Positions 1 through 13,700 of a stretch of 64,000 nucleotides of DNA are shown here, piece by piece. The notes under the pieces are model-generated. The model saw only the letters and a list, made by a program, of their open reading frames with translations. It was not told the DNA's origin and did no database searches. The DNA comes from Azolla caroliniana. Lineage: Eukaryota; Plantae; Polypodiophyta. The position numbers and the translations under genes are program-made. The stretch covers positions 1,178,001-1,242,000 of the forward strand of contig JBHGNT010000013.1 in the NCBI GenBank assembly GCA_043228905.1, written 5' to 3'. Every line of letters starts with the position of its first letter. Positions within the stretch are counted from its first letter, which is position 1.

Positions 1-291
1 GGAAGACAAGATGATTGAAAACTGGAAACAATAGAAATCAGGGTCGTCCTCCCAGTCGACCACCACCACTATGGACTCGACACTAGTTGACTCTACACAA
101 TCAGCTGATAGGAGACAAATAGTCGATACAACCGAATCTGAATTGGTCGACTTAGAGAAACCGATTGATACATATGAGTCAGAGCGACCAACCCACAGAA
201 ATCGATTGATGCATATGAGTATGTCCTATTGATTGATGAGGATGAATCGGAATGCTACGAAGAAGCTATGGTAGATGTGTAAAAGAATACG
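1..291 (+). pseudogene. Ty1/copia pol remnant (integrase-RT linker)
   Basis: Reads ...YEYVLLIDEDESECYEEAMVDV* with stops, resembling the copia 'LLTDEGEPECYEEAM' region. Ends where an unrelated sequence starting TGTGG begins. Confidence 0.45.
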
Positions 292-2509
292 TGTGGAAGC
301 TTAACAGACACAACCGGGTAACAACAAATAAAAGACAAGAGACAATGAAGATAAGGAAGGTTTAATGGAAAGCTTAATCAATAGAACATACGCGGGAGAG
401 ACAGAGAAAGCAGAACACAGAAAACTCTTCTCTTCTGGATCTTCGCTCCGGCTTCTCCTGGCTTCACACCTCTCTTGTGCTCCTCGACCCTTTCGGTCGT
501 CTGCCTTTCTCAGCTCCCTTGCTGTCGCAATGTTGGTGCCTCTTCCGCTGCCCTTTCCTCCGCTTGTCCTTCAGTTGATTCAACGTCTCCAAATCGAACA
601 TTCAAACTGAATCGATTGTCTTCGATTCGTTTCCACTCTTGCCCGAATTGGTTGTCTTCAATCCGTCTTCTATCTTCAGGCCCTTAACCACATCAGACGA
701 TGTTTGGGGCTTGGCCTTCTCACCCTTCTTGGCTTCATTTCCCCCTTGTTCGGTTGACTTCGACTCTTCCTTTTGGTTGTTGCCCTTGTTTCCGCCTTCG
801 GCTTCTTCAGTCGACCCGAAATTTAATTCTTCATCCAACTCGGCTTCGCGGTCATTTCTGCTCCTTTCCTGCTCCCTTTCTTGGTCTTTTCTCCCCCTCA
901 AGTTTGGCACGTCGAGGTGCCGCAAACCAAGAGCACCCGAGAATTACCGCAACTTGTCGAGACCAAGGGGATTGGTGAAGATGTCGGCAGTTTGCCGATC
1001 CGTCGGAACATATACTAGTTCGACTTCACTGGAGAGGACATGCTCGCAGACAAAATGTGCTTGGTCTGGGCGTGGAAGATGGGGTTCTTCACAAGTTGGA
1101 TGCTCTTGAGGTTGTCGCAATAGATCGTCGTAAGATTGGACACCTCCAACTGCAAATCCTTGAGTAGCCATTTGAGCTAGATGACTTCACACGTAGCGTC
1201 ATCCGTTCCTCAATACTCGGCCTCTGTGCTCGACAATGCCACTGTCGGCTGCTTTTTACTGCTCCATGCGATCGCCACACTTCCCAATGAAAACGCATAT
1301 CCAGATGTTGATCTACGATCGCTGACATTTCCGGCCCAATCGACATCCGTGTAACTGACTAACTACTCGGCTACTCCTACCCGATATAGCAATGCCATGT
1401 CCTTAGTGCCGCTGACATACCGCAATATCCTTTGCGCACACTGAAGGTGTTCGGTCGTGCGCTGCGACATAAATTGACTAATCAAGGCGACTGGGTAACT
1501 GAGATCCGACCGAGTGATCGTCAAATAAATTAGGCTTCCAACAATCTGTCGGAACCGTGTCGGGTCACACGTCTTTCCCGAATCTCGATGAAGCTTGACG
1601 TTTTTGTCCAGAGGATTTGAGATGCACTTATAGTCTGTCATCCCAAACTTGAAGAACATACTCAACACATAATGTCGTTGGCTGATTAGTATGCCTTCGG
1701 GGGCATGGATCACTTCGATCCCGAGGAAGTAATGAAGGTCCCCTAGGTCCTTCAAATCGAATGATGCCGCGAGCTGGGACTTTATGCGGTCGATTTCATC
1801 TAGGTCGGCACCGACGATGACTAAATCATCAACATAAAGTAAAATACTAATTAGTCCATGTCGACCTTGCCAGAAGAACAACGAAGAGTTCGATTTGGAC
1901 GCCGCAAACCCCATCCAACGCAGGCGCTGCGTGATCTTCGCGTTCCACGCGCGTGGGGCTTGTTATAGTTCGTAGAGGGACTTCTTCAGTCGGCATACCG
2001 CTGAAGTGTTCTTTCCGGACTGAAATTCAGGGGGATGTACCATGTACACCTGTTCCTCAAGTTCTCCTTGCAGGAACACATTCTTTACATCCATCTGATG
2101 TAAATCCCATCCCTTTACCGCGGCTACCGCAAGTAGGGCACAGACGGTTGGCATCTTCGCGACCGACACAAAGGTCTCATCTAGTCGATGTCGTGTTGCA
2201 GTGTGTATTCCTTCGTCACTAATCGGGCCTTGTAGCGGATGACAAAGCCATCGGTGTTGTACCGGACCTTGTACATCCACCTGCATCCAATTGGCTTTAC
2301 ACCCTTCGGGGCATCAACCAGGTCCCAGGTTTCATTTTCCGCAAATGCGTGCATCTCTTCCTCCATTGTGGCACACCAATTTACGTCCTTTGCCGCATCT
2401 GCGTAGCTCTCCGACTTACACACTTCCGCCACTCGCATCATGTACGCATAATGATGCGCCATGTACTTGTTGTATTCGAACTGCACCACAGGGTTCTTCT
2501 GGCGGGTAG
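292..2509 (-). mobile_element. Ty1/copia LTR retrotransposon, 3' part (degenerate RT-RNase H plus 3' region), interrupted by G1 at 2510
   Basis: Minus-strand ORF pieces: TWDLVDAPKGVKPIGCRW..YKARLV, HQMDVKNVFLQG, LKKSLY, LLYVDDL, IVGSLIYLTITR, QTADIFTNPL. Purine tract GAGGGGGAG at ~891-899. Many frameshifts and stops. Left boundary uncertain. Confidence 0.85.
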
Positions 2510-3031
2510 TGTCAGAACCAAGAGAAAAGATAGAGTGGTAGAAGAAAGATGTAAAGACATCACCAGAAGAGAGGAATAAAGTGATAAGAGAATAATGAAT
2601 GTATTAGTAAGATAGAATGAAGAGGGATACAAGAAAGGTGACGAAAGCTTAAGACTAGTGTTGATTCGAAAGAGAAGAATGAATGTCTTAGTAAGATAGA
2701 ATGAAGATGGATACTAGAAAGGTGACGAAAGCTTCAAACTAGTGTTGATTCAAATTGGTTTGAGAAGAATTGTATGTCCATATTTATAGGTTCCTATAGA
2801 ATAGCCTAGTGATTTCCATAATGTTCTAGAATGTTCTAGACCTAGAATATTCTAAGATGTTCTAGGATATTCTAGAATGTTCCAGAACATTTACAATAAT
2901 CAATCTATTAAAAGAAGTAGCTTTTAATATTTTATATAATCATATGCTATCCTAATGGTTATCTTGATTATGTATTACAAGGTCTTGGGTTCAAGCTCAA
3001 GTGAAGCCATGATGCTTATGTATTCATGACA
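2510..3031 (-). repeat. G1 3' LTR (522 bp, TGTCA...TGACA)
   Basis: 5-bp inverted termini. Adjacent minus-strand PPT GAAGGGGAGATAG at 3032-3044. Minus-strand TATAAATA at ~2781-2788. Confidence 0.8.
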
Positions 3032-4875
3032 CTATCTCCCCTTCGAGAACGACGAGTGGACGTCGTCGTTAACAATGTAGGGCCTAGTTTGTTTGGATAA
3101 TGGCGATGGAAGTCTTTGACAAGAGCTTGAGCATTAGAAACATTATTGATGGGTTCCCTAGTGCGATCACTCGGAGGATAGTTAACCCAATCAACCAAAT
3201 AATATAGCTTATTCTACACAATCTTCGAATCAAGAATAATAGCTACCTCGTATTCAGGGCCGTCAACAAGTGAGCTTATTCTGCACAATCTTCGAATAAA
3301 GAATAGCAACTACCTCGTATTCAGGTCCGTCAACAAGTTGGACAGAGGGCAGAGGTGACACGACACGATTAGGAATAGAAGAGGTGTGACACGATTCCAA
3401 AAGAGAGCTATGAAAGACTGGGTGAAGCCGCATGTGTGCTGGAAGATTAAGACGAAAGGTGGCATCGTTAATACGCGCAATGATGAGAAAAGGACCTAAG
3501 CGTTGATAATCGAGCTTCTCACATGGCCGGGTAGTCTTGATGTGACAACGAAGCAACCATACTTGGTCACCAACCTTAAAAGGAGACTTAAGACAATGGC
3601 GATCGACGTTGGTCTTATGTTGTGCTTGAGTTGTCTAAAGATGTGAAGATAACGCTAACTGGATTCGATGTAGTCGATGAAGATGATGCTCAACACTAGG
3701 GTTTCGGGCGACCTTGGGAAGATCCAAGATACACCATCGAGGATGGTTACCGGTGTAGGCAAAGAAAGGTGTAGCCTTGGTAGAAGAGTGTACCATGTTA
3801 TTGTATGCAAACTCAGCAAGATGTAGAATATTGCTCCAATCATCTTGTTGATAACTAATGAAGCATCGAAGATATTGGTCGAGCGTTTGATTTGTGCGCT
3901 CTGTTTGTCCATCGGTTTGTGGATGATAAGCCGAAGAGAGTTTGCAGGAGATTTTGAGGCCTGCCCATAGGTGCTTCCAAATGTGAGAGATAAATTGAGG
4001 ACCACGATCAGTAATTATATCGTCTGGAAGACCATGCTAGCGAAATACTTCACGCATAACGATATATGTGGTTTCCTGACTATTGATACTCTTTACACAT
4101 GGTAAAAAATGTGCCATCTTGGTAAACTGATCCACTACTGTTAAAATGGTATCAAATCCTTTTGAAGGTGGCAGATCCATAATGAAATCCATAGAAATAG
4201 ACTGCAATGGCTTGGTTGGAGGCGGTAATGGTTGTAACAAGCCATAAGGATGATGCTTGGGTATTTTGGCTCAAAAATAGGTGTCACATGTACGAACATA
4301 AACTTCGACAATTTTTTGCAAATGAGGCCACCAAAACGAGTGCTTCACCAACTCCATGGTCTTGTCAATACCAAAATGTCCAACCATAGGGGCATCATAA
4401 CAATGTTGTAATACTTGAAGGCGGGGTGATCCATCAGGGACGTAACGGAGATTCTTGTAAAAGAGTAAGCCATCTTGCCACTTGAATTCCTAATAATGTT
4501 GAGATGAATCTTGCGATGTGGAGCAAGATGCATGGCTTGGACTAATGTGGGCTGAGACATCCTTAACAAAATCCTCAGAGTCAAGTTGTTGCCGAATAAT
4601 ATCAACAAGGCATGAATTAAGAGGCGTCGCATAAACTGTTGTTGCTTGTAGCTTTGATGGTTCTAGTAGAATTTGCTTTTGGTTGTCGAAAGCCAGATCT
4701 CCAGGTCGAGGTGTGAGATATGAACGTCAAGATAGAGCATTTGGCTTCCCTTGTTGCTTCCTAGGGCGAAAAACAATCTTGAAATCAAAACGAGTTAGAA
4801 ATTGTGCCCACTGAGCTTGTCTCCTATTTAACACTCAAGCCGTTTGAAAATACGTAAGATTTTTGTGATCACTAT
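3016..4875 (-). pseudogene. G1 integrase plus C-terminal chromodomain (disrupted)
   Basis: [58 protein letters not shown]. Frameshifts and a 67-bp tandem duplication at ~3206-3339. Confidence 0.85.
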
Positions 4876-5494
4876 TGATGAGACAAAGATGATAGAAAAG
4901 AGAGATAAATAAGATATATAAATCTAAAACTACAAAGATCTATTGATCATGAAAGAAGCAAGATAGAAGCAAGATACAACTACAAGTATCTATTGATAAG
5001 AACAACACTACATGAATTGTAAAGAAATCACCACATGAAAGAAACTCCACCCTTTACCACCTTACTCTTCTTCCTTTATATAAAAGTCTTCTCAACTAGA
5101 TAACTTTCCCTTGCTTTCTTTTTTATGCTTTTTTTGGAAGTTTTCCATCTCTTATTCTTAGCTATGACACATAGATCTTCTAATCTTCATATCTCACTCA
5201 TCCAATCTCCAAATTTAGAGCTTTAAAAAAGTACGGATAGCTCTCTTCATAAGCTTTCCAACCCATATTTGCATATTATATTTGGCTTCCAAAAGAATGA
5301 GTTATGAGAGTTCGTTGGAGACTGTGTTTTGGTGGCCCGCCTTTTTCTTCTTTTACTTTTCTCCATCTTTCTTGCTTTTAGTTTGACCTATCCTTGAGAG
5401 CTTTGTTCGTGATCTTGCCCGCCGGATGTGAACACACCATACCTTATATTCTTGTAGACTTCAATACCTTGAATTCTTAAAACACTTTCTCACA
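4876..5494 (-). repeat. G2 3' LTR
   Basis: TGATG...TCACA. Aligns with 32380-32995 with roughly 28 differences by eye. Confidence 0.85.
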
Positions 5495-5499
5495 CATCT

Positions 5500-6350
5500 T
5501 GATAAGATCAAACATCAAGCTTTTAATTCTTTGTGACAAGATGTTAGTATAGATCTTATAAATCTTGTTGAGATTAGTAATATCCCTCCAATTTTCAATA
5601 TTTTTCATTTCTCATGTTCCCCTGGGAATCAAGTAGATCATCCCCTCTGCAAATGACTTTGGGATGTGTTTGGTGCTCCACATTTCCTAGAAGCCTTTCA
5701 CAATTGTATTAGAGATTGAATCCCAAAATATGTCAAAGAAATTCCGTGGAATTCCATTGAACCCTAGACATGCATATTCTATCAATCCATCTACAATCTC
5801 AGCTTTATCTAAGGGTTTGCATATTCTACTCTGATAAGCCATTGAAAGCCAAGACAATATGCATGTAAGAATTTCCATGGAGAAGGAGGGATCGGAGCAT
5901 GAAGTCTGCGGGGCTATTAGGTCCTTGTAGAAAGAAGTTGCGGTTTCCATAATCTCGTCAATGTCCTCTATGATTGTACCATTGGGCCGCAATAGGCTTG
6001 TTGCTTGTCCACCGATTCTCGCACCTGCCTTTGAACGGAAGAATTCCTTGCTAGATAGATCCCCTTTCTTTGCCCACCACCCATTAGACTTCCTGTAGAG
6101 CATGTGGTTACGTTGTTTGACATGATCAGTCAACAATTGTTTGGCTACCACAAGCCTAGTTGTCGACGCTGTGCATTTGGGGTCAGGTTGTACAAGACAT
6201 TGTGCAGCTGTAACTACATTGTGCAGTATGTCCACTTCTGCTTTTTTCTTTTCCAACCTATCCTCAACAACACTCTAAAGGAAGGTCGACTTTCTCACAT
6301 TTTTACCTCCAGTTCTTGAATGGCTGACATCCCTAGAGTCATCCTTCATC
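5500..6350 (-). pseudogene. LINE (L1-like) ORF2 fragment (endonuclease-RT linker and RT start) inside G2
   Basis: WWAKKGDLSSKEFF, ATSFYKDL, PLDKAEI, GFNGIPRNFFDIFWD, IYLIP..ENWRDIT..IYKI, matching L1 ORF2 'GD.NTKFF' and 'PGPDG...FF...W...NWRPISL' motifs. Confidence 0.7.
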
Positions 6351-6355
6351 GTATC

Positions 6356-6828
6356 TGTTAAGAGTCTATTACTAATCAATAGACCAAAGTAAAGTAAAAG
6401 AAGGAAAATAGAATGGATAGAAGAACCCGTTCCACTCGACTACCCACGAGCTATGATCTAGACATAGCCAACCTACCACCGATGTCCCATACCGCCGGAT
6501 ATTAGGATGACTAATACCTTGGAAGAGATAAACGCGATCATCGAGACGAAAGCCTAGCCCGCACCACCGGTGTTTAAGACAACAATCTTCCGACGTAATG
6601 TGATTATGAGGGTAGCTAAGCCTCATATTTATACTTTTTCCTAGGCCCCTTGAATAGATGTGCCTTTCTAAAAGGCTCTCCATTCATTGTTTGTCCAAAT
6701 CATGATAGTGCATGCACCTATCATTCCTTCTATCCAATCATTAGTCCCCTTTTTAACATTAGTGAACATACCCTTCACTAATGTAAGTATTGGTGACCTA
6801 CCCTCACCAACGTTATGTGTACATAACA
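6356..6828 (-). repeat. G3 3' LTR
   Basis: Direct repeat of 30139-30611, next to the PPT. Confidence 0.9.
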
Positions 6829-7634
6829 TACTCCCCTACTTCAAAAGATTGCACTCTTGCAATATAAAGTGAGGAAATTGTGCCTTAAGAGCATGCTCGT
6901 GTTCCCATGTGGCATCATCAATAGGTTTATCCATCCATTTGATCTTGAATAGTTGAATCTCTTTAGAACGTAAACGTTTAATACGAGAATCAAGAATTCA
7001 TTCAGGAACATGAGGTTTGTAAGAAAAATCCTCTAATGTTACAAGATCTTGGATTGTGATGGTGTTATCACTAGAGCCTAAAAATGGTTTTAGACGACTG
7101 ACGTGAAAAACAAGATGAATACCAATGTTACGGGGTAAGGCAAGGTGATAAGCAGATGACCCAACCTGCTTAAGGATTTCAAATGGGCCACAATATCGTG
7201 GGGCTAACTTAGCGCACTTCCCATAGACAATGACGTAGAGTCAGTAGGGACACGCAAAACAACTTTTTGACCAATAGTAAATGCACGAGGACGTCTATCC
7301 TGATCAACATAAAATCGAGCACGATCTTGAACTGTCTTGACATTCTCTTTGGCAATATGCAACATTTGGTTCATGTCTTGCAAAAAATTGTGTGTATTGT
7401 CTAATGTATCACGATGAATCGGGACATCAACTGGGGCACGTGGTTGAAAACCATACATCAACATAAAAGAACTATATCCAGTGGATGTATGTTTAGAGCT
7501 ATTATAGGCAAATTCTAAGATAGGAAGGTATTGCTCCCACTTAGAAGGGGTTTTTGCTACATAAGCTTGAAGCATGTCCTCAATAATTTGATTAACTCGT
7601 TCAGTTTGTCCATCAGACTAAGGATGATCTGCGG

Positions 7635-8530
7635 TGTCGTAGTGTAATTCGTACACTACGTGAAAAATTACATTTTTGGTGTCTCCGGATAGGACATGGA
7701 GTACCCGGTGAGAACCGGAAGAAGGAACCGGTAAGGACCGAAACCGGCAAGGAGACCCGGCAAGAGCCGGATGAAGAAGGCCGGTGAGAGTCGGTGAGAA
7801 ACGGACGAAGAGATCGGTAAGGAGGTCCCGGTAAGAACCAGACAAAGAAAATTATCAAGCACCGGATGAAGCAGAACCGGAAAGAGCCGGATGAAGAAGG
7901 CCGGTGAGAGTCTCTCACCGGATGAAGAGACGTATTTGTAAATAGAAGAAAGTATAAAAGTATATATATTACATGCATAGGGCAAGATTCGAACCTTGCA
8001 CCTCCATGTTAATAATGTTAAGCCTTATCATTATAGTAGGGTATCATGAATTTTAAAGTTATACTAAACTTTATTCCATGTAAAATTTCTAGACATGCAT
8101 GGTACAAAAGTTATTCATGCATAGACACTCGAGTTAAAAAGAAAAAGATGAGGTAGAAAGCTAATCATGCACATGCAGTGTGCATGAAAACTAAAGATAG
8201 AAAAAGCATGATGCTTGCATGTGATAAACTGAGACTCTTCCAACACTATATAAGGAAGAGAGAAAGATGTATAGAGGTTGTTGATTATTTTACTAGGGTT
8301 GATTAATATAATATAATCGTGGGATCCACGAATTTGCTAACTATTTTTCTCTCTTAATTTGATTACTCACTAATACACTATACTCGTGGGATTCACGAGT
8401 TTTTCATATCCTTCTTTCTTACAATATATTTCATATTCTTAATTGCCTTAGAATTTTCATTCCTCCTAGTCCAAAACCCCAACGGTTCCCACCCGATTCA
8501 TGCAACGATCCGGAGCCGTAAGGCACGACA
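7635..8530 (+). repeat. G4 5' LTR (896 bp)
   Basis: Matches the rebuilt 3' LTR with ~12 differences by eye. TATATAA at ~8247. CCGG-rich internal repeats. Confidence 0.92.
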
Positions 8531-8534
8531 CAAG

Positions 8535-8551
8535 TGGTGAACCCGACGTGA
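8535..8551 (+). promoter_or_regulatory. G4 primer-binding site complementary to the tRNA-Trp 3' end
   Basis: TGGTGAACCCGACGTGA is the reverse complement of ...TCACGTCGGGTTCACCA, recalled as the 3' end of plant cytosolic tRNA-Trp. Confidence 0.8.
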
Positions 8552-8568
8552 ACACGGGTGGCAAGGAG

Positions 8569-10775
8569 ATGGAAAATCAACCGGAGGCTAACAACATGAT
8601 GATGATGTTTGAGTGGATGCTTCAGGAACAACGTGCGATGTCGGAGATAGCGGCGGCAGTAGAGCGGCTCGTGCAACGGATCGGGCAATTCAACGGAAAG
8701 GACGTATCACGCTATCTTCGGGACTACAAGGCGGAAATGCTATGGTGCGGGATTTTGGAAGGACTGCAAGTGGCATCCTTCAACCGAGTGGCTACCGACG
8801 GGCTTCAAGCAAGTATCCACGTGCTACGACAACAAAATCCGACGTGGGAAGCATTTGAAGAGGCGCTAAAGACCACGTTCGCTATCGAGGACTCCTCCAA
8901 GGCAACGCGGACAGGATTTGAGGATTGGGTAGAAACGCCGGACAAGGGGATGAAGGTCCTCGATGTGTTTTCGGCATTCGAAAGTCGGTTCGGAAGGTTG
9001 TCTGCAAGAGATCAAGCTATCCTCGCACCGGACAAAGTTATCATGTTCTTACGAGCCGTAGATGTTCGGGACCGGAAGGATCTTGGAGTGCTTCTAGAGG
9101 ACACAAATACTGAGAGTGGCCTCACCGAAACATGGGAAAGCGTGTGGGATATCGTTGCGCGATACACAAAGAGGGGGCAATGGCTTGCCAACGAAGAAAA
9201 GAGGGTTTCGGAACCGATTCTGAAACCGAGATTCAGATTGGAAGACCATCAACCGTGGGCTCGGGAAGCTACGACTGAGAAGGGAATCGACGCAACTATG
9301 GTGGAGCAGTTGCTGAAGGAGATGGAGAATCTAAAAATCGCGATGGTGAAGAAGTCGGATGACCGTCCCACAAGTTCCAAGTATATGGACCGTCGATGCA
9401 TATGGTGCGATAGCACCGAACATGATCGGAGGGATTGCGACGAGCACAAGGAAGCGCTACGACAGGATCTTATCTACTACGAGGGAAATCGGATTCATTC
9501 GATGGACTCTCGGAAGCCGCTCCGACCGAACTTCCGAAAAGGCGGCATGAAGAAGATCCTAGAGGAGGAAATAGCGGCGAAGAACAATTACGTGACAACC
9601 GCGAGAATACGTGTCGGGGAGTCATCGGGAGCAAAGGTGTCTTTTTGGCCGGAAGTGCTAGAAAACACCGAGAAAACCAACTCTAACGAGATCCAAAGCA
9701 CTGCGGAAGGCATCCGGGAAGCTACGGGATGGGAGTGCCCCGTCGATAAGAATAGCGTGTTTGCTTTATGCCAATTGCACGAAGTGTATGTAGATGAGAA
9801 GTGTCTTTTTGGCCGGAAGTGCTAGAAAACACCGAGAAAACCAACTCTAACGAGATCCAAAGCACTGCGGAAGGCATCCGGGAAGCTACGGGATGGGAGT
9901 GCCCCGTCGATAAGAATAGCGTGTTTGCTTTATGCCAATTGCACGAAGTGTATGTAGACGAGAAGCAACGGCGCACGGATGAGGCGGCTGGTCCATTGAA
10001 GACACCGGAAAGCTGGAACTCCGGAGGTAAGGGAAAAGAAAAGATGATTCCGGCATTCAAGCTCGGCTCGGAAATCGAACAACAAACGGACTTGAAAAAG
10101 GTGTTCGAGGACAGAATCCTTGACAGCCGGGTAGAATTTTCGCTTCGGGAACTACTCGGAATAGCGAAGAAGGAGTTCCACGATCTTCTTGTGGATCTCG
10201 TGAAGAGAAAAAGGCAAAGTACGGAGGAGAACGCTCCAAGGGTGAATGCAAATACCGTTCTAATGAATGATACCGAATTAGAGGACGAAATACTGAATTC
10301 TCACTACACAAAGCCACATTGGGCACGCGCAACTACGGAGACTCCGGTCCGAATTGGTAACATCAAAGAACCCGTGCTAGCATTGATTGATCACAGATCG
10401 GAGATCAACTTGATGTCCAAGGAATTCTACCGGAAGGGTAAGTGGCCTATTAACACGAATCATGGGTGGAAGATCCGGGCGGCCAGTAAAGCAACGGAAG
10501 ATCTATTTGCGGCTTGTCCGGATGTGACGGTGAAGATCGGGGATGTCGAGATTGACCAAAATTTCTTCATACAAGACGAGGTCTCACATTCCGTGATCCT
10601 CGGGCAACCTTTTATCACGGCATCACGGATGGAGACGAAGGTGCTCGATAGCAGTGCGGCTTTTGCGCGAATTCGGAGCCAAAACGGAGGGAAATCTGTC
10701 CAATTCCTAACGGTGCCGGCAAATCATGAAAGGAACAAGAGAGAGCTCTTGTCCCAAACAAGAATGGATTTTTAG
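8569..10775 (+). pseudogene. G4 gag-protease, frameshifted by a 164-bp tandem duplication (9637-9800/9801-9964)
   Basis: CCHC RCIWCDSTEHDRRDC. Protease LALIDHRSEINLM..VILGQPF. Duplicated block visible in the ORF translations. Confidence 0.85.
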
Positions 10776-13700
10776 AGCGGACTGTTGTGGAGTGGGGAAG
10801 TGATAGTCTGAGAAGCCCTGATACCCCACACAGGAAGAAACCTCTCGGTGCAAAACAAGTACGAATCGGTCCGGATGGGGCATCCACATACATGGTCGTA
10901 ACCAGAGGAATGAAGAAAGGATACCGAAAGGTGGAGGATAAGTTACGGTCGGCATCAATAATAAAAGAAGATGAAGAAATCGTGGGAATAGTTGAAGAAG
11001 TGTTCTATGGGAGCACACTACAACGGCTTGAAGAGCTCGTGGAAGATACAAGCCAGGGAAACCGAGTAATTCCGGTGGAGTCGGCCGAGATGTACAAGAT
11101 CATTGAGAAAATGGGGCCGGATGCGCTCCGCAAAGAAGAAGCAATGGTAAGTACGAAATACAAGACCGTGGAGAAGAAAGTGAAACCGGCCGCGGGACCG
11201 TTACCCGCAGATAGCGAACAAAAGAGGAAAGAAGTCTCGGGGGATCTGACACTTCGGAAGTCCATGGATATCGGACATGCCTTCACGGATGAGACCCGGA
11301 AGAAACTTCGGATTGGTGGAGGTGGTTTCCTCTCACAAAAAGAAGAAGAACGATTCTGTGGGATGCTAGAGCGACATGGGAGAGCATTTGCATTTACATC
11401 GAAAGAAATAGGATGCGCTGACCTGAAGATAGTGGAGCCGATGGTGATCTTCACGATTGACCATGTGCCGTGGAACCTGAAGCCGATTCCGGTGCCACGG
11501 GCGCATATTCCGAAAATCATCGACTTGCTCAAGGAGAAGGTGGCGATGGGGATTCTAGAGCCATCAAATGCTCCTTACTCAAATAGATGGTTTACGGTTC
11601 CGAAGAAGAATGGGTCACTCCGATTTATTCAAGATTTGAAGCCGGTGAACAAGGTCACGATCCGGAACTCCGGAGTCGGTCCGATAGTGGACGAATTTGC
11701 GGAAGCATTTGCCGGTCGCGCGATATACTCCATCGGAGACCTATACTCCGGATATGACCAATTCCAACTAGCCGTGGAGAGCCAAGACATCACTACCATG
11801 CGGACACCGATAGGATTAGTCCGGGTGTGTACGCTACCACAAGGCGCGACGAACTTAGTCGCACATATGATGAATGCGATGAATAAGGTGCTCCGGGATT
11901 GCATACCGGAGATAACGATGTCGTTCCTAGATGACATTCCAATAAAAGGGTGTGCGGTGGAAGAAAAAGATGAAGCTATGGATGAATGAGGGTGCCGAAG
12001 GTTCGTAGTCAACCATATCTGTGATTGTGAGAAAGTGTTACGGAAGTTAGAAGATGTGCATCTAACACTTTCCGGAGAGAAATCGGCATTCAGACAAGAA
12101 GAAATATTGGTAGTCGGCCATCTATGTGGGCCCTACGGCCGAAGACCGTCACCAACCAAGATCGATGCGATTCGAGCTATGAAAGAAGTATGCGAGTCAC
12201 AATCCGAAGTTCGAAGGTTTCTTGGAGCATGTGCATTCTACCACATATGGATTCCGCACTATGCACATATAGCGGACCCACTCTATCACTTGTTGCGGAA
12301 GGGTAAGAAGTTTGAATGGAAATCGGAGCATACCAAAGCCGTGAAGAAGCTCAAGAAATAACTACGGAGGGCAGAAGCACTAAAGAAGCCGAAATATGAC
12401 CAACCGATCATAGTAACGGTTGACACAAGTCCAACCGGAATCGGATGGGTCATCAATCAAGCCGATTCGGAAGGTTCGCGATATCCGATCCGATTCGGAG
12501 CAAAGGTTCTCAACGAAAGGCAATGCGGATATGCACAAGTTAAAAGAGAATTATGGGGAGTCGTGTCAGCAATCAAATCGGATCGAGATTATTTGATTGG
12601 AGCCGAAGTAGTGATCGAAACGGATTGTCTTCCGATACTTGGGATGATGCGGTGTTGCACGATACCGGATGTGGCTATGCTAAGATGGATTGCATATCTT
12701 AAGTCACTTAATCCGAAGGTAAGACACATCTCCGGAAAAGACAACGTTGTAGCGGATATGCTATCAAGGGCGCGGTTCGGAGATGACATAAGCGAATCCG
12801 ATAATGAAGAAGTTTCCGAAGACTACTTTGCTTCGGAGCACATATGCCGGGTGGACGTAATCCAAGAATTCCGGGAAGAAGAATACGAGGGAGAAAGCTT
12901 GTTGATCGGGAAAATGCTACAAGAAATCGAGGAATCATCGGACAATAAAGAGAAGAGAGCCGAGATCCGAAGTAAGAAACGACAAGTCCGAAAGTTCTTC
13001 TTGAAAAATGGAATTTTATGGAGGGAGCTGAAAAGACCGGGTGGCATACCACTTCGAGTAGTCGGGACAAAAGAGCAACAAAACCAGGTAATGTCTGAAT
13101 TTCACGAATCTGATTGGGCTGGACATCGGGGAACATGGGAAACATTTGGGAAGATCAAGCAAAGATATTAGTGGAAAAATATGTACAAAGATGTCGCGGA
13201 GTTCACGGAAAGCTACGAGAAGTGTCAAATCTACTCCGGAGTTCGACACCGAGATGAGTTACATCCGACATTCTCACCGACAATCAACTTCAAATGGATG
13301 GTCGACATTGTAGCCATGCCAACCGGGATCAGACAAAAGAAGTACTTGGTGTTAGCTTGGGAAGATCTCACAAATCAAGTAGGAGGTTGGGCGCTACGGA
13401 GGAAAACGTGTTCTACGGTATGACAATTCCTTTTGGAAGAAGTGTTTTGTAGGTACGGGTGCGTAGGACAAGTGATTGCGGATCGGGGAGAACTTGACTC
13501 TGATAAAGCTAGGGGATTCTTCGCCAAACATGGAGTTCGGTTAACACTAACAACGGCATACAATCCAGAAGCCAACGGGAAGGTCGAGCGAGGACAGAGT
13601 CTGATCATCAAAGCACTTGCCAAAGCATACGACGGAAGGGTGAAGGATTGGCCACAGATGCTTCCGTATGCACTATGGGTGGATCGGACAACGCATAGCT

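Noticed and set aside
7613-7985. Antisense ORFs in the G4 LTR, repeated at 16550-16906
   Set aside because: They recur only because the LTR is repeated, arise from GC-rich repeats, and show no protein motifs.
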